Positions 25,526 through 39,911 of a stretch of 64,000 bases of DNA are shown one piece after another. This DNA is from the human T2T-CHM13v2.0 reference genome, Homo sapiens, in assembly GCF_009914755.1 (NCBI RefSeq), contig NC_060925.1; one strand, written 5' to 3'. Every line of letters starts with the position of its first letter. Positions within the stretch are counted from its first letter, which is position 1. Under the pieces are notes generated by a model. That model was given only the letters and a program-made list of their open reading frames with translations. It did no database searches and was not told where the DNA came from. The translations under genes and the position numbers were made by a program.

Positions 25526-28479
25526 GGGGAGAAGCACATGGCACAATGTGTATCTGCCAGCTTGTTAACCCTAATAATGACCTGGGGACAAAGGTCCCTT
25601 CAGAGCAACATGCTGATAAAAGCCATGTTCATTTGCTGTTGGATGCTAGTTAGGCTGGTCTAGCCAAGGACCTGATGACCCACATTGAGGGGTAATCAGA
25701 TTCCCTGTGGGGTCTTTCTGCAGGTAAGGGATATGGATATAAAATTAACTTGCTTCTACAGACTTGTTTTATACAATAAACATCTATATGCAATATAAAA
25801 TTGTAATAGAAGAAAGCATAAAGTCTACTTATTACATACCTTATTAACTGCTTTATTCAATGCTCAGGAAGATATCAGGCAAAAAGGAATGATCAGAGAA
25901 ACTGAAGATAATTAGATAATTATTTAGCGTAAAGAAAACAAAATGCAGACCTCTGTATCCACAAAAATTAAAAATCTGAAAAAGTGACAGAACATCCCTG
26001 TCAAGTTGGACAACTGACTTTAAATGAAGTGAAGTTCTGCTAAAGAATTCTGACAATTCTGTGAAAACAAAATGACTGAAATGTCAGGTCCTGACTCTAC
26101 AAAGAAGTTCCATACATAAAGCAATTGTATTCATAGACAACTTTATGGCATCGATAGGTTATTTAGTTAAAACAACAGGCTGATTCACACACAAATGATA
26201 AAAACCAGATGCATTTTTAAGCTTCTTTTTCAGCTGTGATTGTACTGAGGATGGATTTCTTAAACCTGGGTGACTCCCGTGACCATGTCACACACTTAGC
26301 AGCATTTCACTGTGTGCTTCCTTCTAAATCCCAGGTAATAAAGGCCAGGAAAATACTTGGTTTGTTTTGACTACATTCCTTTGGTTTATACAACTAGCAA
26401 AGAATATAAAATGGTAAATACCTGTAGCTTGAACTCTGGTTGTTTCACATTGTATTTTTTATGAGCACTTTAAGCTTATTTGGTTTTATTAAATCATCAC
26501 ATACCTAAAAACAAGAATTGTTAGGCATCGCAAGCACTTAAAATTTTTCCTAATACAGAATTTGCCCTTAATAAATACTAGTGTAATAAATGAATGAAAA
26601 ACTTTCATTTTAGAAGGCTTAGTACCTTTTAAAAATCTTTAAAAGAAAGTTTCCTTGGCATCTCAGGTTTGAAGAGACGACGTGGAAACTGAAGATTAAC
26701 AAAGTTAGACTTTTATAGGCTCACATAGAACTGCATGTCAAGGGTGATGCTAGAAGCAAAAAAACACCAAAAAACTAAAATTATTTCCAGCTTCACTGAT
26801 AAGTGATTTAACTATTTTAAAATTGGAGCTTATGTAAAAAAGTCATTGGCTTTTGCTAGATTCTTCATATATTCCTTCTTTGAAGCAAACAGGAGGTAAG
26901 TCCCATTAAGGGGCATTTCTCAAGGGTAGAAGCAGAAAACACTTTCATGACTGAAAATTTAAATGCAAAGTTTAGGATTACATATGTCAGTTGATGTTAT
27001 CAAAATTGTTCTTTCCCTGGATTTCCAAAGTGTTTAATTGAAATGACCAGTGATGTTAATGAAGTATTCTATAAACTTGGAAAAATTAAAATCAGAAAAC
27101 ATGTTTGAACATAGTTAAAACCATATCTTTGGGCCTCAGCTTCTGAATAGCTGAAGGTTTAATGAAGAGAACTGCTTTTCTGTCTCCCTGTATAAACTGG
27201 GGAAACTACTTCAAAGGGAGAAAGGATAATATAGTCTTGGCCCAAGGCAGGGATGCTTGCAAATAATGGCTTTGTGTAATTTGAAAGATTGTAAAAATCT
27301 TTACCTTTTTTGATTATCTTTGAAATGAAATCCCTTAATACATACACAGCATGTATTATAATCTTGTTCTTAGAAATAGAGAATACAGTTGTAAGGAGAT
27401 GATTATATAGGTTGAAAATATGCCACCTTTTCACTTAAGAATACAATGAACCTGCTATAGGATGAAGAATGAACATAGATCACCTCACATTCCACTGGTC
27501 ACTTAGAATTCTATTATGTACTAAAACCTAAATTATTTAGTACGTGTCCAGTTAGCAGACGCTTAGGTTACTTCCACTTTCTTATTGCAAATAACACCGG
27601 AATGCACTTTTTTAATAAATTGCCCACTCATCTGATTATTTCCATACTACGCTTCCCTAGGAGCGGAAGCTTGTACGTATTTTTTAAACTCCTGGCATTG
27701 ACTCAGTGCACGCTCTCAAACCAGAAAACAAGACAGAAAACCCATTGTAATTCCCACCAGCAGTTTGAGATTCCCCCCTTTATCCTCGATGTTGATACAA
27801 CCCAGCTCTCATGTAGAAGTTCAAGTTGAATAAGATTGACTGAAACTCTATTTCTGCACTGTGGCCCTTCTACATTGCTATCCTATTGAGGAAGCTTCGT
27901 GGGCTCATGCTCTAGGTAAGAATAAAATTAAGTTCAAGCCCTCTGCCTCTGGCAATCCAAGGCCCAGCTGAGTAGATCTGCATGTCATTGCATTTCATCG
28001 CCTTGCAAGAGTAAGAAGAATGTGACCCTAACTGTGCAGTGATAGACACGTATTAAGAGGGAGGGATGAGTTGTTTTCATGACTCCACCTAAGAGAGGCC
28101 TGAAAAGACCGCTTGATTGGCAAGAGGCCAAAAACAGCGTTAATTTTCCAAAGATGTTTAGTTCAATAACGAAGTCTAGATAATCTGGCTCAAGTCGTGA
28201 ATAATCATTTCAGAAATGGTCCCTCAACTGTCCCCAATCCACAGCAGGGAGACTCTCCTGTAACTTAGTTCCCCCAAACTCCCAACTTTAGGGAACTTCT
28301 AAGAAAGTGATCTAGTGTGTTACAACAAAAGTAAACATCACCATAAGAATATAAAGTCTGACTACACAGTTGGCCCTTCAAATTATCTTTTAAAAAAATC
28401 TGTCCATTAGAGGTCTTCAGTACCTAGGAAAATATAGGATACGAGGACAATTATGTTGAAAAATTATCATAATTTAACT

Positions 28480-29600
28480 CATTGTTTCATTGCTTTGGCT
28501 AGGACTTTCAGTACCATGTTAAATAGAACTGGTGACAATGGACATCCTCACTTTGTACCAGACCATAGGAGAAACATTTTCATTTTTTATTAACTGTGGG
28601 CTTTTCTTATATGATGTGTTGAACTAAGTTCCTTCTATACCTGTTTTTCAGAGTTTTTACATGAATTGTCAAATGTTTTTGCTGCAAATTTTTTTATTCT
28701 CTTAATGTGTTATATCACACTGATTGATTTGCCTATGTTGAAGCATTCTTGCATCCCAGAGATACATTTCAGTTGGCTATGGTTTATTCTCTTTTTAATG
28801 GGCTGTTGAATTTGGTTTGTTAGTATTTTGTTGAAGATTTTTACACCTATGTTTATCAGTGATATTGACCTGCAGTTTTATTTGCTTGTGATTATCTTTG
28901 TCTGGCTTTGATATAAGTGTATGATGGCCTCATAAAATGAGTTTGGGGCGTTCTCTCCTGGTTTTTGAAAGAGTTTAAGAAGGATTGCTATTCTTCTTTG
29001 AATGTTTAGAATTCATCCACGAAGCCATTTGGTTCTGGTCTTTTCTCTGGGAATCTTTTGTTTACTAATTTGTTCTTATTGGTCTGTTCAGGCTTCCTAT
29101 TTCCTCTTTAGTTTTGGTAGGTTGTATAAATCAAGAAGTTTGATTTCTTATAGATTATCTAATTTATAAGTGCATAATTTTCATAATAGTCTTTTATGAT
29201 CCTTTTCATTTTGAGGCATTTGTTCTAATGACTCCTCCTATTTCTCATTTTAGTTTAGGATACTTTTTTTCTTAGTCTAGCTAAGGTTTTATCACCTTTT
29301 AATTTTTAAATAGTTTTGCTGATTTTTCTAGTTTTTCCAGTCTCCTATTTCTACTTTAATATTTTATTCTCTATGATAACTTTGGACTTAGGCTTTCTGT
29401 TTCTAGTTTCTTGAGGTAAAAAGTTGGTTAATTTGAATTTTTTCTTTCATGTGGCTATTCGTTGCAATCAACTTTTCTCTTAGTACTGGATTTGGTGCAT
29501 GTCATAAGTTTTAGTATATTGTATTTTTTGTTTGTCTTGAGATTTTAATTCTCCTTTGATTTTTCCTTTTGCCCAGTCATTGCTCAATTTAATGGTATGT
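28480..29600 (-). mobile_element. Old L1 (L1M) ORF2 fragment
   Basis: ggctaggactttcagtaccatgttaaatag...ttgaagcattcttgcatccc...gttgaatttggtttgttagtattttgttgaagattttt. Confidence 0.8.
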
Positions 29601-30094
29601 ATGTTAACACACCAATATGTGATAGAGCACATAAACCTCCAAATTACTAAAGTTATAAAAGATTTATACAACATACTTAATGGCAACAAAACTTGTAGAT
29701 ATGAATGCTCACAACAATAAGAAAAGTCCACGTTATTTTCTAGTGCACATGGGATTCTCACCAAAATCAATCACAGGTGGGCCTTTGACAGAATAATATA
29801 AACACGACATAAAACGTGTAGGATGCAGCTAAACCAGTGGTTACAGAAAAATTTGTCCCCATAGATCATTAAGAAGAAAGGAAGCCTAAATATTGACTAA
29901 TCTCCTAATTCAAGAAGATAGAATAAAAAAATTCAAATTATATCTATAAAATGTGAAAAAAGGATGAAGTAGACACCATCTATATATAAATGTGTGTAGA
30001 AATCATAGATTAATATTCATGTTTCTGATTTCAGTTCCAGATCAAAATGTCTATAATCATTTTTCCACTTTCATGTTCTTTTTGCATTATTTTA

Positions 30095-30612
30095 AAAAAT
30101 ATTTTTAATTGAAATATTAAAATACATATTTTATGGGGTACAATGTGATATTTTGATACATGTATATTATTTGTAATGATGGAATTAACCTAAAGAACAT
30201 ATCACCAATTTTCATGGTGAGACATTTAAAATGTACCCACTTAGCAATTTTGATATATACAACACATATATTACATATATAATTATAATTTTGTATTATA
30301 TATAATATACATTATACACATAAACATGTATATATGATATATACAATTATAATATTTTGATACATACAACACAATATCCAACTTTGATACAAATGAACAA
30401 GATTTTCTTCTATTTAAAGGCTGAATTACATTTCACTGTGGATATATGTCTTGTTTTCTATATCTATTCACCCATTGATGGATACTTAGGTTGATTCCAT
30501 ATCTTGGCTATTGTGAATAATGTTGCAATGAACATGGGAGTGCAGATATCTCTTTGACATACCCATTTAAATTGGATACATCCTTATTAATGGAATTCCT
30601 GAATCATAAGGG
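30095..30612 (-). mobile_element. L1MA-type 3' end fragment
   Basis: ttatggggtacaatgtgatattttgatacatg...ggttgattccatatcttggctattgtgaataatg. Confidence 0.75.
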
Positions 30613-33600
30613 GTTCATACTATTAAGGCCTGCATCAAAAAGTCTGAAAGAGCACAAATAGGCAATCTAAGGTCACACCTCAAGGAACTAGAAAAACAAG
30701 AACAAACCAAACCCAAACCCAGCAGAAGAAAAGAAATAGCAAAAATCAGCGCAGAACTAAATGAAATTGAAACAAAAAATACAAAAGCTACATGAAACAA
30801 TGTTGGTTCTTTGAAAAAAATAAGTAAAATTGATACTGTTAGCAAGATTAATCAGGAGAATAGTCAAATAAGCTCAACTAGAAATGAAACAGGTGATATG
30901 ACAACCAATATCACAGAAATACAAAAGCTTATTGGTGGCTACTATGAACACCTTTATGCGTGTAAAATAGAAAACCTACAGATGATTTAATTTCTGTAAA
31001 TATACAATGCTCCTAGATTAAACCAGGAAGAAATAGAAACTCTGAAGAGACCAGTAACAAGCAGCAAGATTGGAATGGTAATTAAAAAATGCCAACAAAA
31101 AAAGTCTGGGGCCAGATGGATTCACAGCTGAATTAATTGGCATCAATCCTACTGACACTATTCCACAAGATAGAGAGGGAAACCTTCCTAGATCATTCTA
31201 TGAAGTCAGTATTGCCCTAATACCAAACCCAGGAAAGGACATAACAAAACCATAGACCAATATCCCTGATGAACATACATGCAAAAATTCTCAACAAAAT
31301 ACTATCTAACAGAATCCAACAGCATATCAAAAAGATAAATCATCATGATCAAGTGGGTTTCATAACAGGGATTCAGGGATGGTTTAACATATACAAGTCA
31401 ATACATGTGATACATCACATAACCATGTGACTTTTGTTTTTAATTGTGTTTATCTCAATAGTTGCAGAAAAAGCATTTGACAAAATCCATCCCTTTATGA
31501 TTAAAACCCTCAGCAAAATCAGCATACAAGGGACATGCTGTAAGGTAATAAAAGTCACCTATGACAAACCCACAGCAAACATTATTCTGAATGGGGAAAA
31601 GTTGAAGGCATTCCCTCTGAGAACTGGAACAAGACAAGGATGCCCATTTTTGCCACTTATATTCAATATAGTTCTGGAAGTCCTAGCCAGAGCAATCAGA
31701 CAAGAGAAAGAAGTAAAGGGCATCCAAATCAGTAAAGAGGAAGTTATGCTGTCGGTTTGCTGATAATATGATCGTATACCAAGAAAACCCTAAAGACTCA
31801 TCCAAAAAGCTCCTGGAACTGGTAAATGAAGTCCGCAAAATTTCAGAGTACAAAATTAATGTACACAACTCAGTAGCTCTGTTAATACAGCAATAGCTAC
31901 CAAGCTGAGATTCAAATCAAGAGCTCAACCCAATTTACAATAGCTGCAAAATAAAATACTTAGGAATACCTAACCAAGGAGGTAAAAGACCTCTATGAGG
32001 AAAACTACAAATCACTGCTGAAAGAGATCGTAGATGACACAAATAAATTGAAACACATCCCATGCTCGTGGGTAGGTAGAATCAATAATTGAAAATGACC
32101 ATATTGCCAAAGCAATGGACAAATTCAATGCACTTCCCATCAATACACCACCATCATTCTTCACAGAACAACAATCCTAAAATTCATATGGAACCAAAAA
32201 GCCCACATAGCCAAAGCAAGACTAGGAAAAAAAGAACGAAACCAGAGGCATCACATTACTCGACTTCAAACTATACTATAAGGCCATAGTCACCAAAATA
32301 GCTTGGTACTGGCATAAAAATCAGTATATAGACCAATGGAACAGTATAGAGAACCCAGAAATAAAACCAAATACTATAGCCAACTGATCTTCAACAAAGC
32401 AAACAAAAACATAAAAGTGGGGGAAAGGACACCCTATTCAACAAATGGTGCTGAGAAAATTGGCAAGCCACATGTAAAGAATGAAACTGGAACCTCATCT
32501 GTAACCTTATAGAAAAAACAACTCAAGATAGATCAGACTTAAACCTAAGACCTGAAATTATTAAAATTCTAGAAGATAACATCAGAAAATGTTATCTTGT
32601 AGACATTGGCTTAGGCAAAGACTTCATGACCAAGAACCCAAAAGCAAATGCAATAAAAACAAAAATAAATGAGACTTAATTAAACTAAAAGGCTTGTGCA
32701 CAGCAAAAGACATAATCATCAGAGTAAACAGACAACCCATGGAGTGGGAGAAAATCTTCAGTCTCTACATCCAACAAAGGACTAATATCTAGAATCTACA
32801 AGAAACTCAAATCAGCAAGAACAAAACAAAGCCATTAAAAAGTGGGCTAAGGACACAAATAGACAATTCTCAAGAGAAAATATACAAATGGCCAACAAAC
32901 ATGAAAAAAATGCTCAACATCACTAATTATCAGGGAAATGAAATTCAAAACCACAATGCAATACCATCTCACTCCTGCAAGAATGGCCATAATCAAAAAA
33001 TCTTTAAAAAATAGACATTGGTATGGATGTGCTGAAAAGAGAACACTTTTATACTGCTGGTGCAAATGTAAACTTGTACAACCACTATGGAAAAGTCTGG
33101 AGATTCCTTAAAGATCTAAAAGTATATCTACCATTTGATCCAGCAATCCCACTACTGGGTATCTACCCAAAGGAAAATAAATCATTACACGAAAAAGATA
33201 CTTGCACACATGTTCACAGCACCACACTTCACAATTGCAAAAATATGGAAGCAGCCCAAATGATCATCAATCAATGAGTAGATAAAATCATATATATTCA
33301 TATATTCACACATATACTCATATATTCATATATATTCATATATTCACACATATACTCATATATTCATATATACTCATATATTCATATATACTCATATATT
33401 CATATATACTCATATATTCATATATACTCATATATCTTCATATGTATATATATGAATGCTACTTAACCATGAAAAGGAATGAAATAATGGCATTTGCAGC
33501 AAACTGGATGGAATTAGAGACCGTTATTCTAAGTGAAGCAACTCAGGAATGAAAAACCAAACATTGTATGTTCTCACTCACACGTGGGAGCTAAGCTATG

Positions 33601-33812
33601 AGGATGCAAAGGGATAATAATGATACAATAGACTTTGGGGACTTGGGGGAAAGGGTGGAAGCAGGTGAGGGATAAAAGACTACACATCAGGTACAGTGTA
33701 CACTACTTGGGTGATGAGTGCACCAAATTCTCAAATTGCCATGAAAGAACTTATTAATGTAACCAAACACCACCGGTTCCCCAAAAACCTATTGATATAA
33801 AAAATATAAATA
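30613..33812 (+). mobile_element. 5'-truncated L1PB1-like LINE (degenerate ORF2 + 3' UTR)
   Basis: ORF 31434-31763 carries RT motifs ([19 protein letters not shown]); the 3' UTR gggagctaagctatgaggatgcaaag...ccccaaaaacctattga is L1PB-like. Confidence 0.88.
33288..33452. repeat. (CATATATT/CATATATACT)n microsatellite inside the L1
   Basis: Repeated catatattcatatatact units. Confidence 0.95.
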
Positions 33813-33829
33813 AATATCATATATATATC

Positions 33830-34124
33830 ATCCAGGGGCAGTAGCTTATGCCTATAATCCCAACACTTTGGAAGGCTGAGGTGGAAGGATTGCTTTAGCC
33901 TGGGTATTTGAGACCAGCCTGGGTAACATAGTGAGACCTCATCTCTCCAAAAATTAAATTTTAAAAAATCAGGGAGGCATAGTGGCACGTGTCTATAGTC
34001 CTAGCTACTCAGGAGGCTGAGGTGAGAGGATCGCTTGAGCCCGGGAGATTGAAGCTGCAGTGAGCCACAATTGCGAAACTGCACTCCAGCCTGGGTTGAC
34101 AAAGCAAGACCCTGACTCAAAAAC
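33830..34124 (+). mobile_element. Alu (AluJ-type)
   Basis: Diverged Alu with gaggatcgcttgagcccgggag and gaccctgactcaaaa. Confidence 0.88.
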
Positions 34125-35614
34125 AGGGCGGTATATATTTTACAGATACATCAAAGTCTTATCTGTGCTCTCTTGAATTCCCTCTCTTAGTGTCCTCAGA
34201 CCAATTTTTTTAAACAGGTGTGTATCTTCCCTATCAATTTTTAATATTTTTATTGCAGATATGTGTCCAAATGTAATATTTTAGTAGGATGTATTTGTTA
34301 AATGGTAACACACTGATCATTCTGCAACATATTTTCCTTCAACTTTACTAATTGAAATGTTCACAATAAATTGGTATTAATATTGATCATGTGTGCATTT
34401 TCTTCATATTAATATTTAGGTTTACCACTTTTTCATGCTTTATAATGTAAGAGTATCTATCCTTGTATAATCTCCTTGGAAGTCTTAGGTAGTGAAGAAA
34501 GAACATCTTCAATGTTATGAGATATTACTGAATTCATCTCTAAAGGAGTTGCACTAATCTCTCTAACCATCATTTTTCCTTCTTCATTTATTTAACAAAT
34601 AATCAATTTTTACTATTATGTTGGTGCAAAAGTGATATATGCCAGGCATAGTGCTAATGTTAGAAAACAACAGAGAAGAAAATAAATATATTTTGGTCTC
34701 CTTGTGCAATAACAAAAACCCAAACAGTGAATAGGTAAAACATACGATGTGGTCATGCCAGATGATGATATGTTATGAACATAAAATAGGGAACACTGTT
34801 GCAAATTTTAAATATAATTATGGATCAGTCAGAATGCACAAGGTAATGCCATAGTAACATCTCAAGCTGCATAAAAACATTGTTTATGTGATGTTCACAT
34901 TGTAAATCTGTCAGATGGTACTCGGGGTCCACTCATCAAAAGTCCCTCAAGGACCTAAGATGATGGATAACTTTGTTGACCATTTTGTCATTTTATGTTC
35001 TAGAATATGTTTATATTTGTGGCTATACATGAAGCTTGTACAACTATTGAAGTATATCCATAAAAAAAATAAGTGTACAGCTCATTAAGGATTTCATAGC
35101 AGTACCTAAAATGTATCTAGAATTTTGCAATTTTACATATTAATAACCCTCCACCTGCCATTTTTAAATGCTTATTTAGATTTCTAACTTTCATACCTAT
35201 ACAGCATTTGGATAGCCCATTAATTTTTAATTATACATATTCATGTGGAATTTTCATTGAAACTTAGGAATAATTAAAATACAAGAGTGAGTTGAAGCTT
35301 GTGTGAAGAGTACAAAAGAAGGATTGTGATGTCTGAGGTGTGAGAGTTCTCACTGATTGAGTAGAGCACGCCTTCATACAGAAATTGTCATATTATCTGA
35401 GCATTTATGACTGGTAGTTTATATAGAAATGCATTTGGTAAATTCACAGCAAAGAAGCAGGATACGAGAAGTTATGAAGGAATATGAAAGTGTGTGGTTT
35501 AAAGATACTCTGAGATATTGGAAGAAGCAATGTTGGAAGACAGGGTGGGTACCAGCCAAGGACAGAATATGCTCATTCTGTCTCCTGGTGTCAGTATCTG
35601 CTTCTGCAGTTGGG

Positions 35615-35721
35615 CTTATGAGTTGGATTCTGCATCTGAGGATTCAACCAATCATGGACTTAACCAATCATGGATTGAAAATATAATTAGGCTTATCATG
35701 GTCACATTGGTACAGACTTTT
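35615..35721 (+). mobile_element. Tigger3a/MER7-like 5' part
   Basis: ggattctgcatctgaggattcaaccaatc...tggattgaaaata...tacagactttt; continues at 38838. Confidence 0.7.
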
Positions 35722-38700
35722 CTAAATTTTATTTTTGTTGTGACATAGGTGTATACATTTATGGGGTACATGAGATGTTTTGATACAGGAATGCAATGCA
35801 TAATAAATGCATGATGAAAAATGGAGTATCCTCTCAAGCATTTATCTTTTGTGTTATAATTTTATTATACCCTTTGTTATTTTTAAGTGTACAATTAAAT
35901 TGTTATTGACGATGTCAGTCTATTATGCTAGTACTTATTCATTCTAACAAATTTGTTGTATCCATTAACCATCCCCACCTACCCCTTCACCCCCCCCAGT
36001 ACCCTTCCCAGTATCTGCTAAGCATATTTCTAATTTATATCTCCATGAGTCCAGTTGTTTCGATTTTAAGGTGCCAGAAATAACTGAGAACATGCAATGT
36101 TTGTCTTTCTGTGCCTGGCTTATTTGACTTAGCATAATGGCCTCCAGTTCCATCTATGTTGTTGCAAATGACAGGATCTCATTATGTTTTGTGGCTATAT
36201 AGTACCTATCATGTATAAGTACCACATTTTCTTTACCCATTCATCTGTTGATGGACACATAGGTTGCTTCCAAATTTTAGCTATTGTGAACAGAGCTGCA
36301 ACAAACATGGAAGTGTAGATGTCTTTTCAGTATATTGATTTCTTTTCTTTTGGGTATATACCCAGCAGCGGGATTGCTGGATGATACGTTAGCTCTATTC
36401 TTAGTTTTTTCGAGGAACCTCCAAACTGTTCTCTGTTGCACCTTTAAATACAACTTTAAATGCAACTTCACATTCCCACAGAGTTTATGAGGGTTCCCTT
36501 TTCTCCATGTCCTCACCAGCATTTATTTTTGCATGTCTTTTGTATAAGAGCCATTTTAATTGGGATGAGATGGTATCTCATTGTAGCTTTGATCAGCATT
36601 TCTCTGATCAATGTTGAGCACTTTTTATGTGCCTGTTTTTGATTTGTATGTTGTCTTTTGAGAAATGTCTATTCAATCTTTTATCAATATATAAATCAGA
36701 TTATTAGATTTTTTCCTATAGATTTATTTGAGCTCCCTATGTATTGTGGTTATTAATTCCTTGTCAGGTGTGTAGTTTGAAAACATTTTCTTCCATTTTG
36801 TGGGATGTCTCTTCGTTGATTTATTTCCTTCACTGTGCAGAAGCTTTTTAACATAATGTGCTCTCCTTTGTCCATGTTTGCTTTGGTTGCCTGTGTTATG
36901 GAGTATTACTCAAGAAATATTTGCCCAGACAAATATCCTGGAGATTTTCTCCAACGTTTTCTTCTGGTAGTTTCATAGTTTGAGTTCTTAAAGTCTTTAG
37001 TCCATTTTGACTATATCTTTGTATATGGCGAGAGACGGGACTAGTTTCATTTTTCTTCATATAGATATCCACTTTTCCCAGTACAGCTTATTGAAGAGAC
37101 GATCTTTTCCCTGGTGTATGTTCCTTGCACCTTTGTAGAAAATGAGTTCACTGTAGGTATGTGGATTTGTTTCTGAGTATTCGGTTTTATTGGTCTATGT
37201 ATCTGTGTTTATGCCAGAACCATGCTGTTTTGGTTATGGTAGCTCTGTTGTAGTATAATTTGAAGTCAGGCAATGGGATTCCTCCAGTTTTGGTGGGTTG
37301 GTTGGTTGGTGGTTTTGCTTAGAATAATTTTGGCTCTTCTGGGTGTTTTGTGCTTTCATACAAATGTTAGGATAGTGTCTTCTATATCTGTAAGAAATGT
37401 CATTGGTATTTTGATAAGGATAACATTGAATCTACAGATTGCTTTGAGTACTATGGATATTTTAACAATATTGATTCTTTTGGTTCATGAATCTGGAATA
37501 TGTTTTCATTTTTAGTGTCCTCTTCAATTATTAATGCTTTATAGTTTATCATTAGAGAACTATTTCACTTCTTTGGTTAATTCCTATTTAATTTTATTTG
37601 TGGCTATCATAAATGAGATTACTTTTTAAATTTGTTTTAATCTATTTGCTATTGACATATAGAAATCTGCCTTGTATCCTGCAACTTTCCTGAATTTATT
37701 AGTTCTAATAGGTTTTTGGGGAGACTTTAGGTTTTTCCAAGTATAAGGTCCTATCATCTGTGAACGAAGATAATTTTACTTTTCTTTGAAATTTGATGCT
37801 ATATCTATATCTCTATATATCTATATCTATCTATATATATAGATATATTTACATATAGATAGATTTATTTATATTTGTTTCTCTTGTCTGATTGCTCTAG
37901 CTAGAACTTCCAGTAATATGTTGAATAACAATGGTAACAATAGTTGCACTAAAGTGCAAGACTAAGTCTCTTTTAATTTTCTTTAATTTTCTGTCCACTT
38001 TCCTCAAGCAGAAGGAGTCTTGCCCCATAGCCACCATAGCTGGTAATATGCTGAGTCTCACCCGGAGCCAGCATGCCTCAGAGTTTCACCCAAGGCCCTC
38101 ATGACTCTAGCTGGTATCCAACCCTGATGTGGCTGAGCTGGTATCCAAGATGCAAGACAAAGTCCTCCTCACTCTTCCCTCTCCTCTCCTAAAGCAGAGG
38201 AAAGAGGCCTCTTTTGGAGCCACAAGCCGTGGAGGCTGAGGTTAGGGGATGAGTTTAGCTGCCCTGGCTGGTGTTTTAACAGGTCATGTGTCCCCCGAGT
38301 CCACTGGCTCTGGGCCCAGATTAGCATTAGGATTTGCAGCTCTTGTGGCCTAGACTGCCCTTCAGGTTTGTCTGTGGCTCCAGAGCCACTTTAGCCCTTC
38401 ATGGTGAGGCTTGGGTAACTCAAGTTCCAAACACTGGGATTCGCAATTCCCTTCCAGCAATGGCTGGTTTAAATGCGCCCTTCATGGTGGGTGTCAGCTG
38501 AATTTGGTCTGGGTCTTCTTTCTGCTATAAGAAGGGCATCGCTGAGCTCAGTGTCTTAGAATTGCTGGCTCTCCCTCTCCTTAGTGCACAGAGAAGCTCT
38601 CCATACCACACCACCGCTGCTGGGGGATGAAGGGGTGGTAGTGTCAGTGATGCAATACTGTTTTTCCAACTTCTTCAATGCCTCATTCAGAAATATGAAT

Positions 38701-38837
38701 TTAACTCCATGTACTGTGAGTGCTCACCTGAGTTTTGGTTCTTGAGAAGGTGTTTTTTGTGTAGATAGTTTTTAAATTGGTGTTCTTGCAGGGGGATGAT
38801 CAGTGGAACCTTCTATTCTGCCATCTTGCTCCATCCT
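35722..38837 (-). mobile_element. L1MA-type LINE retaining both termini with a large internal deletion
   Basis: 3' UTR and ORF2 3' part at 35722-~37943, joined to the 5' UTR at ~37944-38837 (sense start GAGGATGGAGCAAGATGGCAGAATAGAAGG); TSD cagactttt on both sides. Confidence 0.8.
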
Positions 38838-39073
38838 CCAGACTTTTTTCCTTGTCATTATTTCCTAAAAAATATAGTATAACAGCTATTTACATAGCAT
38901 TCATATTGCATTAGTTGTTATAAGTAATCTAGACATGATTTCAAGCATACGGGAAGATTTGTGTAGGTTATATAGAAATACTCTGCCATTTCATATTAGG
39001 GTCTTTAGCATCATGGATTTTGGTATTTTCACGATGTCCTGGTACTGAGGACAGATAGTGAGGGATGACTGTA
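38838..39073 (+). mobile_element. Tigger3a/MER7-like 3' part
   Basis: cttgtcattatttcctaaa...ctatttacatagcatt...taagtaatctaga...tggattttggtat...gagggatgactgta. Confidence 0.8.
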
Positions 39074-39469
39074 CACAGGGATGAATACACTACTCAGTAC
39101 TTGTACGTTTGTCATGCTAGAAAGACTCAGCAAAGTCTCGGAACCTTGCAGGCACTGAGAAAAGTGGCTCCCTTTTCCCATTCTCTTTCATTCCCAAATT
39201 ATATAATCTAAATTCGATGAGACTAATATTTCAAGGGAAGTCTCTGAGCCTTTAAGGAGAGGGGCGATGTGGGAGAAGGTCACCCTGTCATGGAGAAATC
39301 TTAGACCACATTCGGTCATCAGATTCATAGATGTCTTAAGAGTCACAGAAGCATAGCAAGTACATAACACTCCTTTTGATTCTGAGAAAGTGACACTCAG
39401 AGCTTTTAGTGTCTTGACTAAGATTACACAATTAATTGGAAGCAAATATAATAAATGGTAAATGTTTTA

Positions 39470-39911
39470 GAACCTAAAAGGTTGTCAGACTCCGATATTT
39501 TCTCCTGAATCTGGGAAAGCCCCAGCTGTGTTAATGGAGAGTGTCTACAGATGCAACTTTTCCCCACGAAAGATGGCTTTGTAGGGCCATTTCAAAATAT
39601 GTCAAATACATACTTTGGGGTGGAATATTTTGATTTTCCTCAGGGTCTGCTATCTGTCATGTGATGCTATACCAGAGTCAGGTTGGAATTTGGTATCTTA
39701 TTGCCACTCAGTCTGTTTTGTCAGTCTTAGGAACTCTATTTCAATGTTATTGCTGGTCAGTTGTGCCTAAATTCCAAAAGATGGGTGTAATGAAGTGTGT
39801 CTCCCTTCTTATGTCCTGCAATTAAGCTTTTCAGCTTTCCTGAGATTCTCGTGGCCTAGAGGGGGTCTGTTCAGTTGATTAGGGGTCTTAGGATTTTAAA
39901 TTTAGTTTACA
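39470..39911 (-). mobile_element. MER4D/E-like ERV1 LTR fragment
   Basis: gggccatttcaaaatatgtcaaa...gctatctgtcatgtgatgctataccagagtcaggttggaatttggtatcttattg...agtttaca. Confidence 0.7.

Noticed and set aside
31434-33277. L1 ORF2-like ORFs
   Set aside because: Fragments of a dead, truncated L1.
37799-37875. AT-rich quasi-palindromic microsatellite
   Set aside because: Ordinary (TA/TCTA)n expansion within an L1.
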